DNA of 32,000 nucleotides from Candidatus Lokiarchaeum ossiferum (GTDB lineage Archaea; Asgardarchaeota; Lokiarchaeia; Sigyniarchaeales; Promethearchaeaceae): contig CP104013.1 of assembly GCA_025839675.1 (NCBI GenBank), positions 1,890,001 to 1,922,000 on the forward strand. Direction: 5' to 3'. Made by a program: the position numbers and the translations under genes. Position 1 is the first letter of the stretch, and the number at the start of each line of letters is the position of its first letter. Positions 1 to 9,451 of this stretch are shown in pieces. The notes beneath the pieces are model-generated. The model was given only the letters and a program-made list of their open reading frames with translations, searched no databases and was not told the origin of the DNA.

Positions 1-358
1 TGGAGGAAAAAATTTCTAAAAAATAAAAAAAAACGAAAAATAAACCTGTGAAGTTATAGAGGACCATTGTTACCTCACCATTTAATAAGAGGGTTTACCA
101 AATTACAATAACAAACAAATTTTTTGTGGATCAACAATGGGAAAATTGAATCAATTTTTATTAGTCATAGAGAATCGGTTATTTGACATTGAACTGGACG
201 AAGAAATCCAAACCCTTGAAAACGAAGTTATTCCCTACATCCGAAACAATCCAAACTGGTTATATCACAGTTGATGTGACTTTTTTCACAGTTTTTATAA
301 TTTAAATATTCTAAAATAGCAGATCTTGTTAAATAAGAATAAAAATGAAGAAAAAGAA

Positions 359-844
359 TTAATATTTCGTTTTAACTTCCTTGGTCACGAAGCAGGTTTC
401 TTTGATCGAGACTCCGGAAATTTTCGAGATTTGATCTTCTATTAAAGGATCCAAATGTTCGAGAGAAGGCAATTCAACTCTTACAAAAACACCACAATCG
501 CCACTAAGTCGCCAAATGTCTGTTATAGCATCAATTTTAAGCAATTCTTCAGTAATGCTTTTTATTTTATTTAAGTCAGGTTGTATTTTAATTGTTGCTT
601 TGGTTGGATTATCAAGGCGTTTTTCATCTAGAACGATAGTAAATTTTCGGATAATTTGATCCCGAATCATTCGATTGACTCTTCTTCTGACAGTCGCTTC
701 AGTTTTCCCAATTTCATCAGCAATTTGACGATAGGAAGTGCGAGCATCATTCTTTAAAATGGAAATAATATTACGATCGATAAGATCAATATGGGGTTTT
801 TCTTCATGCTCCATATTACCACCACTATTATAATTAGAAATCAT
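359..844 (-). CDS. Lrp/AsnC-family transcriptional regulator
   Basis: 161-aa ORF. N-terminal HTH (NIISILKNDARTSYRQIADEIGKTEATVRRRVNRM) is followed by an AsnC/RAM-type ligand-domain pattern. Size is typical for the family. The true start may be the internal Met (MEHEEKP). Confidence 0.85.
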   Translation of the reverse strand: MISNYNSGGNMEHEEKPHIDLIDRNIISILKNDARTSYRQIADEIGKTEATVRRRVNRMIRDQIIRKFTIVLDEKRLDNPTKATIKIQPDLNKIKSITEELLKIDAITDIWRLSGDCGVFVRVELPSLEHLDPLIEDQISKISGVSIKETCFVTKEVKTKY

Positions 845-1128
845 TGAAATGTCCTCACTTGATTTAATTTAAAATGAATTAAAAAATTATTGGTTTTGAT
901 CATTATAAGGCTTTTTCCCGAAATTTAGTGATAAAAGTCAATGATAAAATTCAATTAACAAAATTGAGTGATATATTTTTGAAACTTACATTTTTGAAAA
1001 ATAGGAAGTTCCCTAATTCAATGCACTTTTTTCTAAATTTGATATAAATTATGGATGATATTGATGAATTTTCTACAAAAAAGAATCAATAAATTGATAT
1101 TATCAACACTCTATTTTGAATTTGATTT

Positions 1129-2004
1129 TTAAATGATCCAAGGCATTGCGACAAAATTATACATTGAATGAATCACAAACCCAAGTATCAATGATTCTCC
1201 CCACTCATTTCGCAAGAAACACAAAAATAAACCGACAAAAAAAGCGGAATAGAAAATCATGAAACTGAAAACATGCCAAAAAGCAAATAATACAGCAGAA
1301 CAAAATGCTTCAATCAAGATGAAATAATTCCGATTTAATTTTTTTGCAAATTGATTCCATTCTTTAACTCTAGAATAAAAAAATCCGCGAAAATATAATT
1401 CTTCGACTAAAGGGGCTTGAATACAGGAATAAAAAATATAAGCCCATGTTGATTTTTCGGGAAACCTCACAACTAAAGGATTAAAATCAATTAAAACATT
1501 CAAAATACTTAAAATCAAGATAAAAATTAATGCAATGGTTAAAATTTGCACCCAACGATGTTCTTGAACAGGTTTTTTTGGTAAATGGAGTATGATCTTT
1601 GAAAATTCTTCTTTTAGAACACCTTTCTGAAATATCGAAAGCCAAAGTAACAAAAGAGGATAGGAGAGAAACAATTTCCATGTTATTGGAAAATATTCAA
1701 CTCCCATGATTATAATAGCCGTACCCGTAATAAATATAATAATTTCCAAACCCATTTGATGCAATTTTAAAGGTTTATCATTAAATAATTCGATTTTCTC
1801 CCACTCAAAAAAATCAGAATCAGTCCCTTCTGCAAAAGTGAACCATCGTAAAATCGCTTTTTCGGGATTTTGCTTATTTTTAAATAATCCAACGAGCACA
1901 CTGATGATTGCAGCCGCTAACAAAATCCCCAAGGCAGCTGCTAAGAAATTAAAATCCACTGCAGCCATCATATTAAAAGCTTCAATTTTGTTTAATAAGA
2001 TCAT
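1129..2004 (-). CDS. CPBP (CAAX/Abi-like) intramembrane metalloprotease
   Basis: 291-aa polytopic membrane ORF carrying the three family motifs: EELYFRG (EExxxR), FAFWHVF (FxxxH) and HSMYNF (HxxxN). Confidence 0.8.
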   Translation of the reverse strand: MILLNKIEAFNMMAAVDFNFLAAALGILLAAAIISVLVGLFKNKQNPEKAILRWFTFAEGTDSDFFEWEKIELFNDKPLKLHQMGLEIIIFITGTAIIIMGVEYFPITWKLFLSYPLLLLWLSIFQKGVLKEEFSKIILHLPKKPVQEHRWVQILTIALIFILILSILNVLIDFNPLVVRFPEKSTWAYIFYSCIQAPLVEELYFRGFFYSRVKEWNQFAKKLNRNYFILIEAFCSAVLFAFWHVFSFMIFYSAFFVGLFLCFLRNEWGESLILGFVIHSMYNFVAMPWII

Positions 2005-2104
2005 GTTTTTACGAAATTTCTAACAAGAAATATATTGAAAAACAAAGTTGTTCACACATTACAAAATACCAAAAATTCATAATTTAAGGTTCATTATTTG
2101 AAGT

Positions 2105-2935
2105 ATGTTAAACCGAAACCCCTTCCCAACTCCCGGTGAAGTTGTTGTTTGTCGTGTTACCAACGTGCAAAGAGGTTATGTGCAAGTTGAACTAGAAGAT
2201 TATACTGGACTCGCTCATGAACAACGCGCTCAAGGAATGATTCATATTAGCGAATTAAGCAACCGCTGGGTTAAAAATATTAATAGCATTATTGCAAATG
2301 GCCAGCGAGTGGTGTTATCGGTTCTTAGAGTCAATGAAGATCGAGGATACTTAGATTTAAGCCTCAGAAGAGTCAATAAAGTCCAAAAACAGAACATTAT
2401 GAACTCGTGGCGCTATGAAAATAAATTGGAAGGTTTGTTAAAATTCTTTGCCGAACAAAATAAAATTGAAATGTCTGAATTATTTGATAAGGCTATCTGG
2501 CCTCTGGTTGATAAATATGGTGATTTACATACCGCATTTGAAGAGATCAAAGAAGAAGGTAAAGATGAACTCTTAAAAGTCGAAGAAATAGACATTCCAG
2601 AAGATCTCATGGAATCACTCTACCAATTAATTGTTGATAATGTAACAATTTCAAAAGTGAATATGACCGTAGAATATGATGTTCGATCCCAAGATGGAAA
2701 TGGAATTGAATTAATAAAAGAAGCCTTCAGAGGGGCGGGAAAACTCCGAAAAGCTAAAGGGATTGAAACAGAGTTCACTTATATTGGTGCACCGATTTAT
2801 CGATTGGAATTAGAAGCCAAAGATTACCAATCCGCTGAAAAACATCTCGCAAAAATTACCGCAAAAATCGAAAATGTTATCGGTTCTAATGGATCTGTTG
2901 AAGTAATGCGAGACAATTTATCCAATAAGCAATAA
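2105..2935 (+). CDS. eif2a: translation initiation factor aIF2 alpha subunit
   Basis: 276 aa. N-terminal S1/OB domain (GEVVVCRVTNVQRGYVQVELEDY...GMIHISELSNRWVKNI) plus helical and alpha/beta domains colinear with e/aIF2-alpha. nop10 lies immediately downstream, the usual archaeal arrangement. Confidence 0.93.
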   Translation: MLNRNPFPTPGEVVVCRVTNVQRGYVQVELEDYTGLAHEQRAQGMIHISELSNRWVKNINSIIANGQRVVLSVLRVNEDRGYLDLSLRRVNKVQKQNIMNSWRYENKLEGLLKFFAEQNKIEMSELFDKAIWPLVDKYGDLHTAFEEIKEEGKDELLKVEEIDIPEDLMESLYQLIVDNVTISKVNMTVEYDVRSQDGNGIELIKEAFRGAGKLRKAKGIETEFTYIGAPIYRLELEAKDYQSAEKHLAKITAKIENVIGSNGSVEVMRDNLSNKQ

Positions 2936-2971
2936 ATTTTTTTCTTCCTTAACTAAATTATCGTGATTATC

Positions 2972-3166
2972 ATGCCCACACATCTAAAACGTTGCACGAA
3001 ATGTATGAATTACACAATTTCTGAAGCAAATTGTAAAAATTGCAATTCACCAGTTGAAAATGTGTATCCTCCCCGTTTTTCTTTGCAAGATAAATATCAA
3101 GATTATCGTATGGAACATTTCCGAAAGAAGATGCATGAGAAATTTCCCGACCTAAAGAAAAAATAA
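2972..3166 (+). CDS. nop10: H/ACA ribonucleoprotein subunit Nop10
   Basis: Zn-ribbon (CTKC...CKNC) followed by PPRFSLQDKYQDYR, the Nop10 signature. The ORF-track start is a GTG at 2963. The ATG at 2972 (MPTHLKRC) is more plausible. Confidence 0.88.
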   Translation: MPTHLKRCTKCMNYTISEANCKNCNSPVENVYPPRFSLQDKYQDYRMEHFRKKMHEKFPDLKKK

Positions 3167-3181
3167 AGTTCCAATAATCCC

Positions 3182-4102
3182 TTAAATCTCAAGCATACTT
3201 GCAAGATTTTCTTCGATTAGGATATCAGCATTTTTTTGTGGTAAAAAAATAACATCTTCTTTATTCAAAGGCCCATAAATTTCGAGATCTACGCCTACGA
3301 TGGGTGAAATATCGCTTAAAATGCGTACCGTAGTATATTGAATGGATTTATATTCTTGAGGGGACACTCGCGCTACTGAATGATCATTTTTCCTCGAGAG
3401 AACCAAATCCAATTCATCCAATATTTCAGCAGGAGGCGTATCTTCATCGAGAAGCTCATCTTCAAGATTTAAATCATAGGGAAATTCTTCCGGTATGTCC
3501 ATTTTCTCCTCTCCAGAATTACCCAATGAAGAATTTGGGGCGATTAATTTAGATGAAGATTCCATATTTGAAAGTACTACTTCTTCTTGAACATTATCAT
3601 CGGAATTTTGAGTTACACTAGATATTTTTTGATTTAATTCAACCAACGTAGAATCGGATAAAGAAAGGTCATCGGATGAAGAGAAATTTTTTGGAAATGC
3701 CTTATTTTGGGGAGTGAGTAAATCATCTAAGACCATATTTCGAGAAGCTTTATAGCCTCGAAAGGATGTAAAAAGACCACGATAAAAATCAATTTCTTCA
3801 GGAAGTAAAAATTCTTCTTTGATTTTTTTCTGTCGACGACATCGTAAAATAATTCGATCCAATCGCGCATCTAATAAATCTTTGACCATAAAATTGATGT
3901 TCTCGAGAGTTTTAAAAAAGATTTCTTGTATTAATTTATCCGATGAATTTTCAAGTTGATTTTTAATGGACACCACAAGAGCCCGAATATTGGGAATAAA
4001 TTTATCATTGTTTGGGATTTGAATAATATTCTGAGATCGATATGATAAGCGCCAATATTTAACCAAGTTAACGTAAATTTTATCTTGAGTTTGTGAATCC
4101 AT
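3182..4102 (-). CDS. GINS subunit-like protein (Gins51/Gins15-type) with a long acidic/Ser-rich internal linker
   Basis: It lies directly downstream of priS (51-nt gap), the known Gins15-PriS linkage. The N-terminal helical region (LLDARLDRIILRC...LPEEIDFYRGLFTSFRGY) resembles the GINS A-domain. The C-terminus (YTTVRILSDISPIVGVDLEIYGPLNKEDVIFLPQKNADILIEENLA) resembles the GINS B-domain. About 115 aa of low-complexity D/E/S sequence separate the two. Assignment is by pattern only. Confidence 0.5.
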   Translation of the reverse strand: MDSQTQDKIYVNLVKYWRLSYRSQNIIQIPNNDKFIPNIRALVVSIKNQLENSSDKLIQEIFFKTLENINFMVKDLLDARLDRIILRCRRQKKIKEEFLLPEEIDFYRGLFTSFRGYKASRNMVLDDLLTPQNKAFPKNFSSSDDLSLSDSTLVELNQKISSVTQNSDDNVQEEVVLSNMESSSKLIAPNSSLGNSGEEKMDIPEEFPYDLNLEDELLDEDTPPAEILDELDLVLSRKNDHSVARVSPQEYKSIQYTTVRILSDISPIVGVDLEIYGPLNKEDVIFLPQKNADILIEENLASMLEI

Positions 4103-4153
4103 TTTTATCCCACATTCTTATGTTACAAAGCTAAATAAGATCAGAATGTTTTT

Positions 4154-5428
4154 TTAATTTCGTACTAGCAACGCAACATCTTTACACAATAAAAATAACC
4201 CTGCATTTAACGGAAGAGTAATTTTTTCTCCCAAAATATAAGGCCCGTATTCCGAATCCCCTATTCGAATCTTTGGAGCTAATGGAGCGGTAATTTGAAT
4301 AGTTATTGTATTTTCGGAATTATCTGGAAAAGCCAAGCCGTCCACGAGAGGATCATAATCTTTTAAAGTTTCATAGGGGACACTCATGACTTTAAAACCG
4401 GCCTTTCCATGAAGTGATCCATTCAAACGTATCAAACGGTGAAGATCAATACTAACTACAACATCAATATCAGCTTTAATATGATCCCGTAAAATGTAGA
4501 AGATTCTGTGCCATGAACTGTCATGTAAAGTCGGGATGTCCCAAATTCGACTTTTTTTTTCAATAGCTGTAATCAATTTCAACCGATAGTTAAGAATTTT
4601 TTCTATGACAGGTTTATTGAGTGCTCTTCCATAAATGGGGTTCTTAAAATAATGCCAAATATTATTTTCGCCACTCTTTAATACCCGATAAAACTCCCTA
4701 GTAATCTTGGATGGCCATCCCGGTTGATCCAGAGTAAAACCTTGCATCACATTCTGGGTTTTTTTAAAGTTCCAAAGTTTAAAGGAGAATCCTTCTCCCG
4801 TTACATAATCCGCAATTTCACGACGAGCATCTTGATCAAGATGTAACCAAGCATCTCCATCAAGATGGATGTGATAACCTCGATGACCTGAAAAATTAAG
4901 CTGAATCGCCTCCAAGGGAATAGCAAATTCACGAACCAGAAAGTTTTCCACTAAATTAAATGCTTGCTGTTTGGAAACATTTAAGCACTCATCGCAAAGC
5001 CAAAGAATCTTGGTAAACTTCGTACCATCACATTTGGAACATTTTTCTGGTTTTTCTCCCTTTTCTTTATTGCCACAAGCCTTGCAAATAGTATAATTAT
5101 GATCACTTCGGCAAGCCGTGGGTATATGATCGGCATCTATATCGGTCACAAAATCACAGCCAAGATAGCCTTTATCTTCCATTTTTTCGGCACTTGGTCG
5201 TTCATAATAAGTAGCACTGTGATAACTATGGCGCGGTCCATGGGAGATCAGATATTGTAATAAGAAATCTTTTGAAGGATATCCAAGGTGACGCACCATT
5301 CCAGGATGATCCCATCTTAAAAACGCAAATTCCCTCTGTGGAAGTGAAGCAGTATCGGGAAATTCGCGAATATGGGCCCGGTAATAGGCACTGAAAAGCT
5401 TCTTGATATAGGCTTGTGTGAGATTCAT
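4154..5428 (-). CDS. priS: DNA primase small (catalytic) subunit PriS
   Basis: Catalytic motifs FVTDIDADH and FSGHRGYHIH, plus RLIRLNGSLHGK. A Zn-knuckle (CKACGN...CSKCDG) is present. The ORF track starts at 5473. I prefer the ATG at 5428 (MNLTQAYIKK), which sits 1 nt after the priL stop (TAAAATG). Confidence 0.93.
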   Translation of the reverse strand: MNLTQAYIKKLFSAYYRAHIREFPDTASLPQREFAFLRWDHPGMVRHLGYPSKDFLLQYLISHGPRHSYHSATYYERPSAEKMEDKGYLGCDFVTDIDADHIPTACRSDHNYTICKACGNKEKGEKPEKCSKCDGTKFTKILWLCDECLNVSKQQAFNLVENFLVREFAIPLEAIQLNFSGHRGYHIHLDGDAWLHLDQDARREIADYVTGEGFSFKLWNFKKTQNVMQGFTLDQPGWPSKITREFYRVLKSGENNIWHYFKNPIYGRALNKPVIEKILNYRLKLITAIEKKSRIWDIPTLHDSSWHRIFYILRDHIKADIDVVVSIDLHRLIRLNGSLHGKAGFKVMSVPYETLKDYDPLVDGLAFPDNSENTITIQITAPLAPKIRIGDSEYGPYILGEKITLPLNAGLFLLCKDVALLVRN

Positions 5429-5429
5429 T

Positions 5430-6689
5430 TTATTTCCTCGAAGTTTGGGGGGGGATTTTCGATTGTTTTTCATTAATTTCAGTTTTCGAAGTAATGGTTT
5501 GTTCCCCTATTGCAATTTGTGTTCGATGAAGTCTATTTAATTCGATTTTCTTCCAAAATATGAAATCCTTCGCCGGATTTTGCATTTGAACGATTTCGCC
5601 GTTTCGTTTTTTAGCCCCTTTTATACACAGTTTGTCTCCAAAATCTTTATGGTCTGCATAGCATAAATGCAAGGATTTTAATTTGGAACATTTGAACATA
5701 CTATATTTTTTCCCTTTTCCTCCAGATCCAGCTGCAAATTCCACTTGATATCGAGCAATACTTTCATCAAAATCTGGAGATGTCCGAAAAAGATCCACAG
5801 TTTCTTCTATGGTGTGATTGGTATTTAAGTAAAAAAAACAAATGGCCAATCGCTCATTATGAGATAAATTTTCACCTTGAAGCATTCGGTACAAAATTGC
5901 TTGAATACATGGAGCAAAAAGATCTGATCCTATCTTTTCACCATCAGATATCAAAGAAGATTGGAAACGAGACATATTTTCTTGAATTAATTTTTCAACT
6001 TCTACTAGAATTTCTTTAATTTTTGGAATTTGTTCCATTTCTTCCGCTAATTCTGGGGTCATATCTTTAAAATCGGGTTGAACTTTTTTTCGAACAAATT
6101 CACGAAGTAACATTACAACATCAGGTCGAATCAAGAAAATCTTTCCATCTTGAAATCGTTGATTCACCAATTTCCACTTACTATCACTCAATCGGGCTGC
6201 GGACATTAAATAGGAAGCAAAATCCATTTCAAAAGAATATTGGATTTTTTCAATGAACTCAAACCCCAAATTACAATCGATGCCTACATTTTTACAAATT
6301 TGCTGAATTAACTTATTAGGATAAGTCCTTACTGCCCCTGTCTGCGCTAACACCCTTTTACAATGTTTTGCATAGATATTCGAAAGTGCATTAGCCAGTA
6401 CTCGATTTTTTAACATACTAATTAAAATTTGTAAAATGGGATACATCGCTAAATGAACGATATCATCTGTTGGTGTCTGAAAACGTTCTTCATTTTTCAC
6501 GGCACTTTCAAAAAAGAGTAAAATTCGATCTTTCAAATCAGGATATTCCCTTAACAGTCTCTGAATAATATCAACAATTGATAAAGAATTAAGTTCATCC
6601 ACTGTGATTCCCGCCCGATTAAATAAAACGTCACTGCTTCCATTGAGCCATGGAAACTGATAGTAATATTTCTCCGGAATTCCATCCAT
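5430..6689 (-). CDS. priL: DNA primase large subunit PriL
   Basis: 419 aa, immediately upstream of priS. The C-terminal domain has four Cys spaced as in the PriL Fe-S cluster (FAPCIQAIL ... FKCSKLKSLHLCYADHKDFGDKLC). Confidence 0.88.
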   Translation of the reverse strand: MDGIPEKYYYQFPWLNGSSDVLFNRAGITVDELNSLSIVDIIQRLLREYPDLKDRILLFFESAVKNEERFQTPTDDIVHLAMYPILQILISMLKNRVLANALSNIYAKHCKRVLAQTGAVRTYPNKLIQQICKNVGIDCNLGFEFIEKIQYSFEMDFASYLMSAARLSDSKWKLVNQRFQDGKIFLIRPDVVMLLREFVRKKVQPDFKDMTPELAEEMEQIPKIKEILVEVEKLIQENMSRFQSSLISDGEKIGSDLFAPCIQAILYRMLQGENLSHNERLAICFFYLNTNHTIEETVDLFRTSPDFDESIARYQVEFAAGSGGKGKKYSMFKCSKLKSLHLCYADHKDFGDKLCIKGAKKRNGEIVQMQNPAKDFIFWKKIELNRLHRTQIAIGEQTITSKTEINEKQSKIPPQTSRK

Positions 6690-6825
6690 CCTTCATCATT
6701 CATCCTTTTATGTATTCTGCTTTCCAATTTCTTTACTTATATTATGAAAGCGAAATCAATAAGATATTCCATTTGATTTTAGTGAAAATAAAAAAATAAC
6801 AATAAAAAGAAAAAGAATGAAGAAT

Positions 6826-7611
6826 CTAATCCTCATACATCGAATCATCATCTTCTTCTACACGTGGAGCGAGGAAATACATGATTCGACTGGAATTAAG
6901 GATATCAAAAACCATTTTTAACGGAGCCTCAGACTTGAGCTCCATTTCGACCTTATCCGCAATTGCAGATACCTTTAAAATATTTTTCAAAAAGGAAATC
7001 GCAAAAATCCCCGTGCTCTCGGCCGAAAATTCAGAAGATTCTAATTCTTCCTTCTCAAGAACATATTCCATATCGCCAATATTTCCAGTGGTTGAGAAAA
7101 TAAGATTCTCTTTGGCTTGAACTTGCAACACTTCTGCAAAAATTTCAGCATCTTTGATAGCTTCATCAAGATTTTTAAGCCCCATCCGAACTTTATTGTC
7201 AAATTCCATGGCTTCTAGAGATTCCAAATTAATTTCTTCTCCTTCAATATCGATGAGAGATATGGTAAATTTGCGTGCTTTTTTAGCGGATTCAGGTTTC
7301 ATTTCAATGATTAATTTTTTATCCTTAGGATCATGAATAAAGGAAATTTCATCATTGCTTCCACTCCTTTTGATAATCTTTACTAAATCCTCGAGATTAA
7401 TCCCCAATTCATAATTTTGATCCGCTTCAAATTCATCTAAATCTTCTTTAACTAGGGATAATGATACAAGACAAATATGGGATAAATCCATCGCAGTTAA
7501 TGTAATTCCTTTATCTGGATCTACCTTTAAGAGAGTCTCACTAATGATGGCAGAGACTGCTTCAAACATTCCTTTCACAATCCGGGCATCTTTTATTTTA
7601 GCTTTAAACAT
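6826..7611 (-). CDS. pcn: DNA polymerase sliding clamp PCNA
   Basis: 261 aa. N-terminus MFKAKIKDARIVKGMFEAVSAIISETLLKVDPDKGITLTAMDLSHICLVSLSL and overall two-domain colinearity match archaeal PCNA. Acidic C-terminal tail. Confidence 0.92.
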   Translation of the reverse strand: MFKAKIKDARIVKGMFEAVSAIISETLLKVDPDKGITLTAMDLSHICLVSLSLVKEDLDEFEADQNYELGINLEDLVKIIKRSGSNDEISFIHDPKDKKLIIEMKPESAKKARKFTISLIDIEGEEINLESLEAMEFDNKVRMGLKNLDEAIKDAEIFAEVLQVQAKENLIFSTTGNIGDMEYVLEKEELESSEFSAESTGIFAISFLKNILKVSAIADKVEMELKSEAPLKMVFDILNSSRIMYFLAPRVEEDDDSMYED

Positions 7612-7761
7612 TTTCTTTATTCCTCATAATATTTCAATCTATATTACTTTCCTCTGTTTTTAAAATCAAATAAAACCTCATGTTAATCTATAAATAACTC
7701 TCAAAATTACCTCTCCAATAACGGATTTTAAATTGGAAGATGGTATTAATTTATTATAATA

Positions 7762-8109
7762 ATGGCATTCGAATATGAAAATGAAGTACAAAGTAAGGAT
7801 TTTTTCCAAAAACGATTGGTTAAAGATATCCAAGCAACAGATAATCAAGTAACTCTTACAGGATACGCCCGGAATCTTAATGCTAGTGATGAATTTAATT
7901 TAGATGACACAACGGGCCAAATCAATATTCGTGATATCCCAGATGAAACAGTCGCAATTAAAGAAGGAAAAATTTTTACGGTGTTAGGAAATGTATCCCT
8001 TGATGGGGCAGGAACCAAATTTATCTCGGCTCAGTTTATTCGAGATGCTGAAGGCATCAATTTTGAGTTATATCTTAAATCTATGGAGCTTTTCAAAAAG
8101 ATTATCTAA
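7762..8109 (+). CDS. small OB-fold protein, RPA14/RPA3-like (putative ssDNA-binding complex subunit)
   Basis: 115 aa. The beta-rich core (VTLTGYARNL...FNLDDTTGQINIRD...IKEGKIFTVLGNVS) fits an OB fold. It ends in a C-terminal helix (INFELYLKSMELFKK), as in small RPA subunits. Divergently transcribed from PCNA. Confidence 0.45.
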   Translation: MAFEYENEVQSKDFFQKRLVKDIQATDNQVTLTGYARNLNASDEFNLDDTTGQINIRDIPDETVAIKEGKIFTVLGNVSLDGAGTKFISAQFIRDAEGINFELYLKSMELFKKII

Positions 8110-8146
8110 AAATAAAAAAAAATAGAAAAAGACGAAAGGGTTTCAT

Positions 8147-9451
8147 CTATTGAGAAATTGTTGTTTGAGGTATAGCAATCTCTTTTTTCTTCTTTGCAAA
8201 TCTTGAAGTTTCAGTTAGGAAGGTTTCTACCCGACGGATGATGTCCTCAATAGAAAAGGCAAAATTTTTACGTTCCCATAACTTTAAGATGAAAAACCAT
8301 TCGATAAACACAATAAACTCAAAAATGGCAATCATCCAACCCGTAGTATAAAAGGCACCTCCATTATACCAATAAAAGAGTTTATACCACAAGATAGAAT
8401 TAATCCCTTCTAAGAAATATAAAGATAAGGACACTTTGCCATATCTGCGCAACATTTTACTATTACGAGCATGAATTCGGGTCATTTTAGGAGAAGAATA
8501 ATCCATCTTGATCAACGTGGTGGTGACTATCATTTGACCCCCTAAATTGAAACAATATACATTTATTGGAATGTGTTCACCAGCCAAATCCGCTACATAG
8601 TCAAATCCAGCAAAAATAGTGTAAAGAAATATGCCTAAGAATATTAATCCAAATCCATATCCAAATTTCGCAATTGATTTATAGGATTCTTTGTTAGCCA
8701 ATGCAACCCCAATAACTGCTCCAAAAACGCCATAAGCAACTTGAGGGAAGAAACTGTGGCGACCACCTATGAATTTGATAAAAAGCAATTGTTCTGCATA
8801 TCTTCCTTGATTTCCTAAATTTTCTATAACTACTTGTTGATCACCAACAATTTGGAAAAGAATTGCAGCAACCACGAAAATTCCAATCCCTATTCCAATA
8901 AGCCATCCATAAGTTTGTTTGATGGATTTATTCTTTCGTTTCCACAAAACATAAAATATTGTACAAATTACCCAATTTGAAATGACAATGGATTCCAAAG
9001 TCCCCACAGTGAAGAAATGAAAGATGCTTGGCAACGCCCAGATATCAGTCTCCAGGGAGCCAGTAATTAAAGAGTGAGTTATTTCACTGGTTGTACCCGA
9101 CAATTGGTTTGAAAATAAAAAGAAGAACAGATATTGAGCAAGAAGGATCATAATTCCTCTAATTATTTGTCGTTTGTATTTCAGAGCCATAAGAGTTTCA
9201 TCTTGCTCACGTTGAACCGTCAAGGAGTAGGCGACTGAAATTCCGCTTAAAAAAGTAAATAATGCACCCCAAATCATAATGATGATGAAGGGGATGAATA
9301 TAATAACAAGAAATGTGGGAGTTTGATCCCACAATCTAACAATGTGACTTCGATCTTGTTCAAAGACACGCATCACCAAAGCGTGCAAAAGAACAACATA
9401 AAATATTGCAAAGCCACGAAATGTATCTATAGACATTAGACGTTTAGCCAT
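8147..9451 (-). CDS. polytopic membrane protein, acyltransferase-like (DUF1624/HGSNAT-type N-terminus)
   Basis: 434 aa with many predicted TM helices. The N-terminal RLMSIDTFRGFAIFYVVLLHA matches the R-x-x-D-x-x-RG...H motif of membrane acyltransferase families. Confidence 0.5.
   Translation of the reverse strand: MAKRLMSIDTFRGFAIFYVVLLHALVMRVFEQDRSHIVRLWDQTPTFLVIIFIPFIIIMIWGALFTFLSGISVAYSLTVQREQDETLMALKYKRQIIRGIMILLAQYLFFFLFSNQLSGTTSEITHSLITGSLETDIWALPSIFHFFTVGTLESIVISNWVICTIFYVLWKRKNKSIKQTYGWLIGIGIGIFVVAAILFQIVGDQQVVIENLGNQGRYAEQLLFIKFIGGRHSFFPQVAYGVFGAVIGVALANKESYKSIAKFGYGFGLIFLGIFLYTIFAGFDYVADLAGEHIPINVYCFNLGGQMIVTTTLIKMDYSSPKMTRIHARNSKMLRRYGKVSLSLYFLEGINSILWYKLFYWYNGGAFYTTGWMIAIFEFIVFIEWFFILKLWERKNFAFSIEDIIRRVETFLTETSRFAKKKKEIAIPQTTISQ

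Noticed and set aside
137-274. 45-codon + strand ORF (MGKLNQFLLVIENRLFDIELDEEIQTLENEVIPYIRNNPNWLYHS) followed by a TGTGA-N6-TCACA hairpin and a T-run
   Set aside because: It is too short and lacks a recognisable family or clear promoter/SD. It could be a real small protein, but the sequence alone does not support calling it.
1040-1075. TGATGA-like strings (GGATGATATTGATGAA) suggesting a C/D-box sRNA
   Set aside because: There are no CTGA D or D' boxes at the required spacing and no terminal stem. It is most likely promoter-region AT-rich sequence.
4552-4560. T9 (A9 on the coding strand) run inside priS as a possible slippage site
   Set aside because: A/T homopolymers are expected in so AT-rich a sequence. 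It encodes in-frame Lys codons, and no alternative open frame follows. That is unlike the G8 tract at 5447-5454.
5780-7336. + strand ORFs 5780-6019, 6881-7120 and 7154-7336
   Set aside because: They are antisense to priL and PCNA, short, and without recognisable features.
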